Positions 16,005-29,300 are shown, numbered from the stretch's first letter. The stretch is 64,000 nucleotides of DNA from Cenococcum geophilum (GCA_050273025.1 CP158635.1:3100001-3164000); one strand, 5' to 3'. Notes: generated by a model not told the origin, from the letters alone. Numbers and translations are program-made.

Positions 16005-17237
16005 GCTTCCCCTCTCGTCAATTCCCCAGTTCCAGCGCGGAGCGGATTTTTAGAACGGTTAAACGATGAAAGCTAAGAAAAGGTTCTCGATTTGGAAAAT
16101 GAAGGGGTATTTTTATCTTGTGCCTTGGTAACTCTTTCAGTTAGAGGTTTGTCGGATTTATCGGAGAGAAGAAAATGAGGCGGTTTGATTAAGTTGTGCT
16201 GTATACCATCAAGGACCGATGTTGATCGTGCATATGTGCCCATATCTTTTACTGGCTAAATGACGCCAGCGATGCTGAAACCGTGCCTAGAGCTTAATAT
16301 CTCCTCACGAGGCTCGTACAGTGAAGGCTTTGTCAGTCCGGGAAGTTGTTATAAGACTCGTTAGAGTTTCCGCAGAATTCCCGCAGGATTCGGTAAATTC
16401 AGAGTAGATTAATAGTATGCATAAGCGGATGCGTAATAGTGCTACTTTCGACACTCGTCCGGACTACATGATGCTTCGAAGACGGTACAGCGGCCCGTTT
16501 GCAAAAACGTGAGTAAAAGATATAAAAGTCAGAAATGAGGGCGGAGGACAGCGAATGTATAAGTAGGCTTCAAACAAAAACAAAGGAAACTCTTTATCAA
16601 CACAGTCCAAAGGAATATCGACCTATACGGATAACGGTATCCCAGCCTTAGATTTCAACCCAGACTCAAATCTCCTCCACAGAATTTCACTGACTCCCTC
16701 CAGGTATCTTGCGCTCCAAACAGAGCCCATCAAATCCTTTCACCATAGGTTGCCACCCTCTTTGCTGCTTTTGCTGCTGTTGTCCTTTCAGTGCCAGCAC
16801 CAGAACCAGAGGTCGATATCAAGCGCGATTTAAAACTTTCCAAATTGATTAAGCGTGCGGAGATTGAGAAACACCAGGGCTGTTTTTGCTACAAGGGAAC
16901 GCTTGACCGCCGTAACCAGGCTGGGTGCACCTTGGAGTACCTGCTAGTTACTGAGCAATTGGAGCGGTTTAAAGTCAGGTTGGGGGTGGTGTTAGGGCAA
17001 AGATATAAGGTAAAGGCAGTTTATGGGGGTTTAGGCGTGTCAAACTGCCCAATTGGCCCAAAAAGACCGGCCCCATTGGCAACGCCAATGGGGACAATAT
17101 ATAACCTCAAATTCTGGCTGACAAGACGCGAAGGAGGGGGAAAAGAGGTAGAAGAGACCAGACACAACAGATCGAATTTCAACTATCTTGTGAGAACTCG
17201 TGTGAAGATTGATCTATGAAGAAAATGAGGCTATATA

Positions 17238-17661
17238 ACGTGTTTGACCACTCCCCGGGCCACACCAGTCCTCGGGCCACTCCAAAAACCACCAAAAATC
17301 GAGAAAATCGCATTTTGATATCTTGACAACGGCTTTATAATAAATTCTAAAATTTCATAGCTAGCCTTTTATGCCTATTCTAAGACTCCTGTTAAAGTTC
17401 TAGAATAATAAGCCTAGCCGTTATCAAGATATTGAGTTTTGGCCCCCAATTTTGAGCTAAATTGCTATTCCTCTAGAACTACTGAATGAATTACTTCTAA
17501 AGTCAGAGTAGAGTCTTAGAATAGGCATAAAAGGTTAGTTATAGAATTTTAGAATTTATTATAAAGCCGTTGTTAAGATATCAAAATGCGATTTTCTCGA
17601 TTTTTGGTGGTTTTTGGAGTGGCCCGAGGACTGGTGTGGCCCGGGGAGTGGTCAAACACGT
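17238..17661. mobile_element. Non-autonomous pogo/Tc1-mariner-type MITE, 424 bp
   Basis: About 151-bp inverted arms (17238-17388 / 17511-17661) starting ACGTGTTTGACCACTCCCCGGGCCAC, with duplicated subterminal CGGGCCAC. TA on the left flank, TT on the right flank. Confidence 0.85.
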
Positions 17662-18247
17662 TTTACATGATGGATGAGTCATAGGTAGGGGGGGGACTAA
17701 GCCACATTTGGCGTCTGACATATCTTGACGAAATTAGGAAAACATGTTCATGAAGTCCTAAGGCCGTTACAGTAAAACAACTTCTCAAATGATGAAAACC
17801 AAGTTCGAAAGGCCAATATCCGAATTCGTAGTCCAAAAATCTCCGGTACAATTAAGTTAGATTTCGCCCTGCCTCAATGACAATTTCGCCTTCTTGCCCT
17901 ACGTTCCAACATCTCTACGTTCATTCTTCTCCCCATACACGTCCATGTGTCTTTTCAACACATCTTTCCGGATGGAACTATACTTGCACCCCTCAGCATT
18001 GCACAGGAAGCTTCGTTCGTCACCATGTATCTTCTTATGGCGACAGTGGTCCTTCATCGAATTGAAAGCTGTTCCGCAGTTCTCATAATTGCACGTGTGC
18101 CGTTTGGAATTGGGCCCCCAAATTAACGAACAATTGAGAATTCCGCTAATACATCAAAGTGAAAATCGGGGAGTCCTAACCGTCAGTGCAACCGGTATGA
18201 GCGATAAACAGTTCCTCCGTTCATAACATCACAACCTAAACTCAAGA

Positions 18248-19445
18248 TCAACTCTCCGTACGGCGGCTAGAGACGCTTGAAGAATTTGGCGAAGCATCTT
18301 TTGAAGCATCTCCATGCATATTTCGCACGTGTCTTGCTAAAGCATCTTTCCGTATGAAGCCCTTTCTCACGTACTTGCATCCCGTGGCCGTGCAGAAGAA
18401 AGTCGAAACATCGGTGTGAGTGAGTTCGTGGCGGCGGAGGTCCTTCGGTGAGATGAACCCCTTCGAACAGTCCGGATGTGTGCATTTATGTGGTCGGTTG
18501 TGCTTCTTGAGATGGCGGCTGGGAGCGGTTAGCAAATTTCTTAATAACTCACAAGGGAAAGAGCACCGAGCGGGTGAACAGATGCGCAGTTTTTCAACTT
18601 TGCAGACGGCCAAAGAATTTTAGACATACTGAAGCAACGAACGGTTTTCGAAGGAAGAACTGCAATACTGGCAAGTATGTCTGGTACTGGGCCGTTCTAA
18701 ACGAATTGGACTAGAAAGAAAAGGGCCCTCTTCGGCAGCTGTTGAACCAGTCACTTCCGGGTCCTGGAGAATAGAGCTAGTCTTCAATGCTCCTTGAATG
18801 TCACCGGCGAACGGGCTATGACGCCGGTAGCTGCAAGAGCTAGCACTATCTTGCACCCCAAGACTTTCAACGGTTTGTAGAGAGAAAGTCGGAGTTATTA
18901 GCGGCGTTGGATTAATTAAATGGACTGTGGAAGTATTACTGGTGGGTCCGCCGGAATAACTTAATGTTTGGGTTGCATCGGAGTCCCAAAACGTGAAATC
19001 AGAGTGGCTTGGTGAGACTAATTGGATAGGCTGCAAGGAAGATATGGACGGCCCTGGTGCGTTTTCAGAGACCGGAGTAATGCTGATAGGATCCAACTCG
19101 TATGAGTCTTGGATAGCGAGATTCTGAGCACGATGAGTATTGTCTCATCCGGATAGCGACGAAAGCTCGACTTACGGGATCTATAGGTAACTGGCCTGCA
19201 TGAACGGCCGTTTCTGGAGGGGAAGGACCACCTAAGAATATCTCAAAAAAGTCGGCATTTTCGTGCAGAGCATCTCCAGAACCCCAGCTGTCCGTCCATG
19301 GCTTAAAATTCGGAAGGTCAGATTGATCTTCAGTACTACCAACGTTAAATTGCTCCGTCTCTTGCTCTTCTACAGGTCGCACGAAAGGAAACGTTGGTGT
19401 ATCCTCATTATCGGTAAAAAGGTTGTTGAAATGTGGTGACTCCTT
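18248..19445 (-). CDS. C2H2 zinc-finger protein with three fingers; 5' end uncertain
   Basis: After removing intron 18519-18629: CQYC..LLHRHLKKH, CTHPDC..DLRRHELTH, CTATGC..LARHVRNMH. A probable intron at 19124-19175 links the upstream Ser/Pro-rich exon. No start codon identified; it may lie in 19.7-20.0 kb. Confidence 0.7.
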
Positions 19446-20595
19446 TGAATACGTAAGAAAGAAAATATACGGCGCGCAGGAATTTGTTGGAGAAACGGAA
19501 ATTTTGCTTCAAGGGCGGAGACAGAGGTCCCCGCAATGCGAAGACAAGTGACAAAGATAAGCTCTAATTATGGCGCTTTGGCTTTAAAAGAACTAAAAAA
19601 TTGCGAAAAACCTTAACAATACAAATTTAGATGAAGCAAATAAATATAGATCATATAAAAGGAAGCCGATCAAAATATGAGGTAAGGCTGAGGATTACAC
19701 TTAGATGAACAGTCAGCTGTGGGAGGTCCTCCCCATGCCGCCGGTGGCGACAGTGGAGAGGGGAAAGTTTGATGCCGCGGGCGAAGTTTTAATGCAAGCC
19801 GTGATGGGCTGGGGGAAGAAGTGAGAGTGTTGGATTGCTTGGAAAACCTGTGGATGGACTTGCTTTAAGTACAGGAGGGAGGGTGGCCTCACAGAAAAGG
19901 CTGAAAAGTGGCCATGAGCGCGAGCCAATGATGATCCCAAGACTGGGGTGGCCACCGTAAGGTCTCGGGCAGCCTCGCTTCATCATTGCTGGCCACTTCC
20001 TGGCCCGCTGGAGCCACTAGGAGTGATATGTTGGCACTTTGATTTTCAGAGATCACGTACAAGAAAAAGCGTAGAAGTTTGTTGCAATTGATTGCAGCGA
20101 AGAAGAGACCGCCACGTGATCCCCTCTGACGAGCCAAGGTCAACACAACCTATTTAATGCTGCAAGGATGGACTTCAAAGGTAGGCCATCGAGTGAAAGT
20201 CTACGAAGGACCATAGTCTATCTACATAAAATGTGGTGAATGTAGAGTGTATTAGATCACTGAATAGGCATGGCGCGGAATATACAGAGTTGGCCCATGC
20301 ATTAGCCCGTCGCCAAGAGACTGGCCGCCCCTTGTTTTTCAGACTAATTACTATACATCTGCAAATGCAAATAGTTAATTCTGAGAAGACCTATTCTCTG
20401 AATAGGCTTTGATAAAAGGAATACAAATTCATGCTCCGGATCACGTATAGCAGGCCTTGTATTAGTAAATCTTACCATTCACCGTTTCTGCGAACTCACG
20501 GTAATCGAAGGCACCACTTCCTTTTCCCATAACCCTTCTAGCTCTCCTGCATCAAAAACCCCCTTCAAGCGCCACCTCATCCACACCTCCCAGCA

Positions 20596-21545
20596 ATGAT
20601 CGCCTCGTCAATCTCCCGCGCCGCCGTCCTCGCCATCCAGGGGACCCTAACCTTCCCCAACGTGACCTCGCGCCACACCCTCCAGCACATCCGCCCAGCC
20701 AGCACTCGAGACCCGGCCCTGCTACCGCAACTGCTCTATAGCGCCCCAGCTGCGCTGCGGCTGCACCGGGTACACGGAGACAGCGTCGCCGTGCGCGAGT
20801 AACTGTGTGGGCGCGCCGACGCACCACCAGCACCAGCACCAACACCAGCACCAGCAGCAGCCCCGCCCCATCCCCGCCTTCGCATGCCGCCCCTGCGCCA
20901 GCCTCTCCATCTCACTGTACCCAAAACCCGACGAACCCCCCAAGACCGGACCGAACTCCTGATCCCCTCTGCCGCCAACTCCGCGCAAGAAGCCGCGCTG
21001 CTCTCCCACCTACGCGCCAGCACGCCCCCGCCTAACGTCACCGACGACGGGACGGTCATCCTGGTGCGCGCGTACCTCGATGTCGCGCGCATCCGCGTGC
21101 TAGAGCGCGTGCGGCGGGAGCGCGAGCGGAATGCGCAGGCAATGCGGCGGCGGCGGGCGGAGCGGGAGGCGGCGAAGCTAAGGGATGGGGAGCTGGGTTC
21201 GGTTAGCAAGGAGTTGTCATGGGGGGATGAGATGGCGAGACGAGGGAGTATGGTGGGCGGTTGGGGCGGCTGTGGGGAGGGATAGTCGGGGGGAAGATTC
21301 CGGCGCGGAGGAGGAGAGGGAAGGTGTCTGTTCGGAGGGCGGCTGATGCTATGGAGATCGATTCTGGGAATGTCGGGGACGCTGAGAATGGTGAGAATGG
21401 TGGGAGTGGCGGAACTCGAAATCACCAGACTTCCGCAAGGGCAAAAAGTAGGCCGCTTACGATCTCTCGTCGAGAGAAGAAATTGAGCCAGCGGGCGAAG
21501 GAGACTAAGGACATTGAAGAGGCGCTGGAGAAAATATCCATTTGA
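20596..21545 (+). pseudogene. GC-rich hypothetical protein gene, apparently interrupted
   Basis: ORFs 20596-20802 and 20884-21285 share a frame separated by a single TAA (20800-20802). A natural-looking C-terminus (RAKETKDIEEALEKISI) lies in another frame at 21261-21545. Confidence 0.35.
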
Positions 21546-22539
21546 TTCTTTTCCTCGGGGGTTAAGGGAAACACTAGGACGAAAATGACATTTCCGGATG
21601 AAGTCCTGATTGTCCCCAGATCCGTAATCCCGTAGTCTGAGCGAATGTATTTAGATATTGAAGAGTGTTATAGATAATTGAGTCCCTAACGCCACATTCA
21701 ACTTTAAGTGTTTGGACCAGTTAATGTACGAGCCTACCCTAGCTATAGAGATTTTTAGACGCGTCTTGGAAGGTTGATATCGAATAAGAGGACTACGAAG
21801 ATCAAGGACTACGATGGTCACCATTTGTGCAGACTGACTTCTGATCAAAATATTCTAAGACGACATCGGCTTCCGCGTAGAAATTTTTCCGAATTGGATT
21901 CACCCCCCATCTCCCTCACCCGCTACATCAGGTAAGAACGCCATCGATAGCACCGGTATAATGCTAGCCGTAAGAAGTCTAAGGCATAACTCTACGCACC
22001 ATTGCATAAATACATATGCAGTGCGGTAAAGACTAGACCTAGAGCAGCAGTGGCCAAATCCAGCGCAAGAAGCGGATGACCTCAAGCAGCATGATTAAAA
22101 GTCGTAGATGGTTCTTATGAACACTAGAAAATTGTGGAGATCTATGTTTGTGGGCGGGTGTAAACGCAATTTTGCTGGTTGGCGGTAACGTAGCCTATGG
22201 GCTTTGACGGTTGGGGGTCTTACTGTACCACTTGCCTATTTAAGCTTAAGCAGGGATCAAGCTGCGTCAGCCAAAGCGCTTGCGATCGCTGCGCAATTGA
22301 CGGCAGAGGCATCTACTATTACATTTGAGGCAGCAACGGCTCACTCAAAGGCTTTAAAAGCGGCTACAAAAAGGTAGATGAAGAGGTCAATACGCAGGTA
22401 GAGGTAGAGGACGACGAGCAGAGCAATTCGAGCGACAGTGAGGTGTCAGATAAGGACGTTGGCGTGGATATGGGCGACGTCGTGTTAATAGACACCCAAT
22501 CGCGATTGCCCAGCTCTATAAGAAAGGCTTAAGCCTCTA

Positions 22540-23210
22540 ATTAAGGAATAAGCACCTTAACCTTATTGTCTAACCCTATTACAATTCCTTTTTTATCTAT
22601 ATTATATTAATCGCCTAGGGGGATTACGTACTTAGTAATAGTAGCTTTATAGAGATTAAACCACTCTTTAATAATCTCCGGATCCCTAGTATCCTTTCGC
22701 TCTTAACTAAGGCCTTAGGCAAATTAAACCTTAAGCTCTAGGTGTTAGGTAAGGAAGTTTTTATACTAGTGTTGAGTAAGCTCTAGAGGACCCTTCTTTA
22801 CAGTAAGGATGCTTTTAGCTATAGATTTAAGGTATTAAATTCAAGGTGGCCAACCCCAGGCTCCCATTATATTAATCTATTTAACTAGGGAGTCCTCCTT
22901 AATAACCAAGAGCTTTTAAAGCTTTTGGTGATACTCCTTGCTTAATTGGCGACCGTTGCGACGATGGTAAACAGAAGAAGGCGACAGACCGTATATTTGG
23001 GCAAGAAAACGGCCAGATTGATTAGGATTGGCTTCCAATAATTGAAGAACAATTTGCATTCGATCTCCTTGATCAAGCGACAGCAATTGGGGGGTAGTAG
23101 AGGACATAGTGGTGGTGTAGTAAAGGAGTATTTTGATGTTTTGATTTTGATTTTGGTATGAGGCCCGTGCACTGTCTCGGGTGGCTGTCTCGTTTGGGTG
23201 GCTAAGACGT
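22540..23210 (-). mobile_element. Truncated, RIP-mutated pogo/Fot1-type DNA transposon
   Basis: Terminus ACGTCTTAGCCACCC with repeated AGCCACCC/GAGACAG (23210 downwards) and ATG at 23107. It reads an HTH-like segment, then EDSLVK*INIMGAWGWPP and DPEIIKEWFNLY...D*YNIDKKG (a decayed YNMDEKG first catalytic Asp). No second TIR found. Confidence 0.85.
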
Positions 23211-23360
23211 TGACCCATGCATTAATCTCCACAGGTGACTTTGTGCTGCCACCTTCCGCTTGCGCGCGCAAGCGCAGTGTCCGCCTTCAAACCACAATCC
23301 CCTCACATGTAACAAACCTTACACACGTAGACTCAGGAAACATAGCATGAGCTGATCCCT

Positions 23361-24095
23361 TCAAGGGAACCTCCGGTTCTTGTAACAGGGTTTTTGTCCA
23401 TGAATGTGGTAAACACATGTGTTATCTTTATAGGGAGCTACCTTAACACGAATGGACTTCATAAGTGCCTGGGAGAGATCAAAGAGGAAATCTTCGGTGT
23501 AGTAGTTCCTTTTGGCCTCATCCATCCATTCTGCATCGTTGACATAAACAAACCAGTCTACCCATAGACGCCTTGCTGAGTCGCCACCAACAGTGTTCTC
23601 GTAAATTTTGCGAGTCTTGTGGATAGGATAGGATTTCTCATTGAGTACCTTTTGTATTAGCGCGTCGATCGCAGCGTCTTTGTAGTCGCCGTCCTGAATT
23701 TTATCCCCAAATATGTACGCAGATGTGAGACGCTCCCACTCAACCTCCATCTCAACGTCCTCTTCTGTAAAGAACACTCCAGTATACAGCCAATGAATAT
23801 ACGTTAAGACAACGTGCGGATCGTCTTCTGGTAATGGAATAACGCGGTCCTGAGCTTCTTTCCATTCTCGCTTAGTGGCATTCGCAAAGAATTGTGCGGA
23901 TGCGCAGAGAACGTCTTGATGGATGCAAAAATTCGCAGGATTCTCTGCTCCGACAGAAAGTGTTATTATATTAACCCCAAGCCTTGTTCTCGGATTAGTG
24001 CAGGTGTTTTATATATAACTTAAAGTAACTTACTTAGGAGCCTCTGCGGACGGCTTCCGTTGAGGTATATCTTTAAAAGACGGAGCTAGAGGTAT
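23361..24095 (-). CDS. Fungal BTB/POZ-domain protein; start codon missing or unresolved
   Basis: ITLSVG..FCIHQDVLCASAQFF..EWKEAQDRVIPLPEDDP..YIHWLYTG and YIFGDKIQD..YKDAAIDAL. Intron about 23983-24033; the apparent exon 1 has ATA where ATG is expected. Confidence 0.75.
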
Positions 24096-25197
24096 TGTGA
24101 TACTTATTCATGTATTGTTGATACGGGGGTCTTAAGTTGTCCCTTTATTGAGTGAATGTTCAAGCGAGGATGTTGAGAGTGTGCGGGACAGATTGTCGAT
24201 TCGCGGGGTTTATTAGGTGGGAAAGATTTAGGATGCGAAAATCTTGGCGTCATGTTCACGTGCAGCCGGCGGTCAAGGGTGACGACTGTGTAGCTATTCT
24301 GCAACTTGCTGTAAGCGTTTCCGCATATTCTTGTTTATATTCGTTGTTATATACAGTACGGCTTACGGGAGCTAGCAGGAGGGACGGTCGACGCGCACTG
24401 GCCATACTTTATGAGCCGCTACTATACCCTCGTGATAATGACAGACTGAGAAAGTGCTCGCTATCTACACCGGCCGGCCTAATAACTAATATATAGTACT
24501 CCTTAACACCCAATCTATCTCTATCCTCTATCTTATCCTTATCTTTGCTAGACTTCTTCCTAGCGATAATATATCGTTCCTTAAAAAGATCCTCGTCCTC
24601 CTTAATATTATACTATATCCATCCTCTTTTCGTTTTACTAAAATCTAAGATAATATAATATTTCCTATCTAATTCCATTATACAATCCTAAAACTCCCCT
24701 ACGTTAGTAATTAGTATAAGTTTACGCCCCTTATTAAACTAGAGGTTATTAATCCAATTAACTATACTAAAAGAGATGTCTATAAACTAAATGCCTCTAT
24801 TATATGCTATCTATAACTATAATAATATATTTTAGGTAGGGTACTTAATCCGCTCTATCTTATTATTAGACTTCTACTATAAGAGATTTCTGTAAAAGTA
24901 CTGCTTAAAGATACTATATTTACTTTAGCATTTTAAAGCGCGTACAATACGGGCCTCTAACTTAGATATTGCACTAACTCTATTAGTCTTCTCTGTAAGA
25001 TTACGCTTTAAGTAGTCCTTAATAAAACTAAATAAATTCTATAGTATGCTAGTAGCCTAACTTAAGGAACCGGTTTAAGAAGTTTAGATTAAGTATAAAG
25101 AACTTCCTTTAAAATAAGCTATAGAGCAAAATATCTAAGTTAGGAAGATATTGGTCTATTAAATATTGCTTAAGCTTTTCCCTTTTTAGTTTAGTAC

Positions 25198-25424
25198 TGT
25201 TAGCGACTCAGTCAATCGAGATATAAGTACGGCAAAAGGGTCGCGCAAGCCTGTATGATTGGATTGTCTATAAACGAGAATCTAAAGCTAAAGAAAGGAA
25301 AGGAGAAGAAGGGGAGCGCCGCTCGAAGCTATATACGATCTTCGCGTCACGTGACCGCAATATGCGGCAATCTATGGCAACTTGCCGGTGCGTAGTTCTG
25401 CTAAGTTCTACCAGTGCCGTAACA
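25198..25424 (-). repeat. 3' LTR of element A
   Basis: Direct repeat of 39853-40079; the differences seen are C/T and G/A transitions. Confidence 0.95.
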
Positions 25425-26103
25425 TTACCCCCCCCCTCTAAAAAAGCCTACCCTTAGGCTTTGCCGCTAAAAGTCTTAGTAAGAGAATCTAACCAATTAG
25501 ATAACTTTAACCGCCGGTTAAAGTTCCTAGATATTTTAACACCTTATATAACTAAGAAATTTCTAGGGCGTTTTTATCTTTATGTTCTTCTGGTAGCTTA
25601 TTATCTTTATTATACTAGCATTCTATTCACTTATCTAGGTACTTTAGCAGTCTGGGTTTATTAGGGTAACGGCTATAAAACTCCTAAAGCTTATAGGGGC
25701 TACCTATAAAGTTCTATATAGGGTACTAAGTAGGGTCTAGGTTATATCCTTTCCAACTAATATAATACTTTAACGTTCCCTTTATAAGTTTATAGGCTAG
25801 TATTTCTTTAATTTCCTATTTATTATCGTTGTTAACTTAAATTAGTAGGGAAGGTTTATTCTTTTATCCGGGTAATAGGTTATTTATAGCTTTCTATAGC
25901 TTATCCGGTAAAAAGATAGGGTAGACTTTAATTAAGTTTAGGAGCTTAACCTTATATAAGTTGCCTACTTTATTAAAAATCTTATATAGTCCTACTATCT
26001 TATAATCTAGCTTATGGCTAGGCCGTTTTATCTTCTAGTTCTTTATTATAACCTAAACTATATTATCTATAGTAAAATTAAGCTCGCGCCTATACTTATT
26101 TAC

Positions 26104-26318
26104 TGTAAGGGATATTATTGCGGACACCTTAAGTTGCCCTTAGGATAACCCCCGGACGCCCCTCGGATGGTCGCCGGTCACATACCAGAGGCACGTACCC
26201 GTAATATATAGTCTCCATGATCCCAAAGGCCTTACCTCCTTAAGGATTCGTCTCTCTTACTAATCTATCCTGTTCTAATTATGTCCTTATAGCCCCCTAT
26301 CTACAAGATCCCCTTATA
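26104..26318 (+). repeat. 5' LTR of element B
   Basis: Direct repeat of 34785-34999; begins TGTAAGGG, and the end has decayed from CCCTTACA to CCCTTATA. Confidence 0.95.
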
Positions 26319-29300
26319 TTTAAATCCTTCCTATTCTTTTTTAGAAGGGTAGTCGGCTTTAAGGACCAGATTATTTGTTTATATCATTTATTTACAACTA
26401 CTATCCTCCCTTAAAATCTCGCGACGACCTAAACAGAAACTCTATGGATACCTTATAGAAAGCTGTCGCGTAAAGGCAGGAAGGTCCCTCTAATAGCAAA
26501 AGATTGCGATAATATAACCCTTTAGGTAAGATGGTTGAATGAGCCCTAATACCTAAATACTCTAGGAGCTTAAAGACTCTTATACACCTACGGTTACCGC
26601 TGAGGAAAATGTAGATACCCTCTATAACGGTCGCAACGCTGCTAGAAAGTAACTAAAACCCCTCTAGCCCCACCTAGGCCAATTAGAAGATTAAGCGCTA
26701 GAGGTAACTCTAAGATCTTCCCCTAAGCTAAAAATACTAGAGGAATATACTAACGCGTTTAACTAGGGAACCAACCGGAACCCTCCTGGAAGACCACCGG
26801 CCTATAATTGGCATAGTAGTGGTATATAGACTGCTTATAAGCCAAGCGGGCCTACCCCTTTAGGTAATCTAAGCTAATTACTAACTTAGGACCCGAGCCT
26901 TATTGGGAAGCCTATACTAGCTACTAGTACTAATACTACCTCTATAATAAGAGCCTCCCCAGGCCTAAGTTTGGAAGGTTAAGAGCCCTATACCAATCTC
27001 CTTTAAGACGGATATCGGGAAGCTATTATAAGGCTCTTAGAAGCTATACGGGAGGAAGCTACTAATAAATATATTAGAACCCTTTAAGGGCAAATTTAGA
27101 TCTAATAGGGTCTAATTTAAGCTAGATAAATTCTTTTATAACCTAGTTAAGGCTAAGGGCTTCCTAGGAGCTATCTAGTACCTACCTAAAGAGGTATAAA
27201 AGACTTAGAGAGTTATCTACGCTATAAACGGAAAAAGGATATAGACTAACTGGCTAAGGCCTCCGGTAGTTTAAAACTCCGCCATAGACCCAACGCCCAA
27301 TAGTTGGACGATTGGGTTTGTAAGGTAGACAACTTCTTTAAGATGCTAATAATACGAGATAATACTAAAGAGCGTATACGCTGGATTATTAGTAAGATTA
27401 AAGACTAATTACTAAACTAGATTGCACTTAATTAGCTTATATGGCCACAGCTGCAAACCTTTTTAAAGAAATGGACTTAAGATCTGTATATTGTATAATA
27501 TAATAATGCAGAGCTATTCTAGAATAGGATATAGCTAGACCGCCACGACTTCTGCCAGTTTATAAACTTTATAGAAACTCGTGCTTAATAGATAGATTTA
27601 GAGCCCTTTAAAAACAAGGACGGTAGCATTTATAAAAAGGAGAAGATCGGGTTTATCTAGGCTAAAATTAAGCTAGTAATTTATGATGAAATAAAGCGCG
27701 TAGGAGCCCTATTACGGATTACTATATATGCGGATTTTAAACGAGTAGTTCTAAATGCTGAAGACGCGGTAAGGAACTAGACCTCTTTTAGTAGGAAGCT
27801 AAGGGGTTACCAAAAGCGCGGGCACTTTAGTAGTAATATAGGGTAGACCTAACCTTTAAAAAAGCCGTTCTTAAAGAGAACTTTGGAAGGGTTAAAGTCA
27901 GAAACCTTAAATAATAGGAAAGACTCCTAGGGCTAACCTGATACCCGTCCGGCACCTTTATAAAAACACTCTAAGAAGTTAAGAGAAAACTCTAGAGGTA
28001 GATCTTATTAGAAAAATAAGTAGGGTGATAACCGTACTAATAATTTAAAAAAAAAAAAGCCCTAGTTGCGGACCTTTCCTAGCTATAACTAGGGCAAGAT
28101 ACGGAAGGAGAGACTCTCTGTATTGCTATTAAGCTAGAAATAATACTCCCTATAGATGAGGTATAATAGTTTTAAGCACTATACGATAGTGGCGCCGAAA
28201 TTAATCTTATATAATATGATTTAGTAAAAGAGCATAAACTTATCCTATTGTAAAGGTGGCGGAAACCTATTACAGGCTTCCTAAATAAGTATTGGATTAA
28301 GCTATATAGTGCCTATAAGCTTATAGTATTAGTGGCTGATATATATAACCGTACTAAGGCGGTCGGCCCGTAACCCTTTTAGGCGGCTAACTTTATAGGT
28401 TATAACTTTATCCTTAAATACCCTTAGCTTGTGGAAGTAAATCTTAAGATACGCTTTAAGATAGGAGCCTTTAAATAGTAGAATAATAAAGATTTAAAAG
28501 GGCGTATATTACTAATAAGCTTAAAGGACATCCTAGAGAATATAGCCCTAGGTAAAATAGTATACGCTCTATACCTAAAGGAGTATCGGATTTAACCCCT
28601 ATTTAATAGTAAGATGGGTATAGAGCTTAGTATAGATGATAACCCCTCTATAATGGAGACCCTATAGGGAACTACTAAATAGGTCGCGGAGATATTATAA
28701 GGAGGCGGCGATCTTAAGGATTTTATAAGATACTTTAACCGCTATGGGTTACTCTGGCTTAAGTAATATACGGAAAGTATACTATAGCACCTTAAACGCT
28801 GCGTTAAGGAGTTCCCTACCCTCTATTGGCTACCGTATAAAACGGTTCGATATATAGTGGTAACTATATATAAGTAACTATTATAGCGCATAATGCTGCC
28901 TGTAAGTATCCTAAGGGAGCTCCGGGACCTACTTAATAATAACGCGAAGGATAAACGCGACCCTAATTTGTTAAATATTCTAGTAGGCCTAAGGGATTTA
29001 TTAAGGGTATTTTTGGGTAGGAGAGCTAAAGTCCTACCGTAGAACTTAAAGTATGATTATGCAATTAATCTAAAAGAAGGTAAATAACCGCCGAACCTTC
29101 CTATTTATAACCTCTTACGTAAAGAGCTTGAGATCCTATAGGAGTACCTTAATAGCTTACTAGAAAAGGGATGGATCCGGCTTAGTAAGTCGCCGTTAGG
29201 CGCGCCGATCCTCTTCGTCCTAAAACTAGATAGAACTATAAGGCTATATATAGACTATCGCGGTCTTAATAAGATTATAATTAAAAACTGTTACCTACTA

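Noticed and set aside
16560..17219. 142-aa ORF and a TAGGCGTGTCAAAC stretch resembling a transposon end
   Set aside because: No matching second end and no recognisable protein.
28047..28058. A12 run near the gag/pol junction of element B as a frameshift site
   Set aside because: The position is plausible, but RIP and homopolymer error prevent reading the original sequence.
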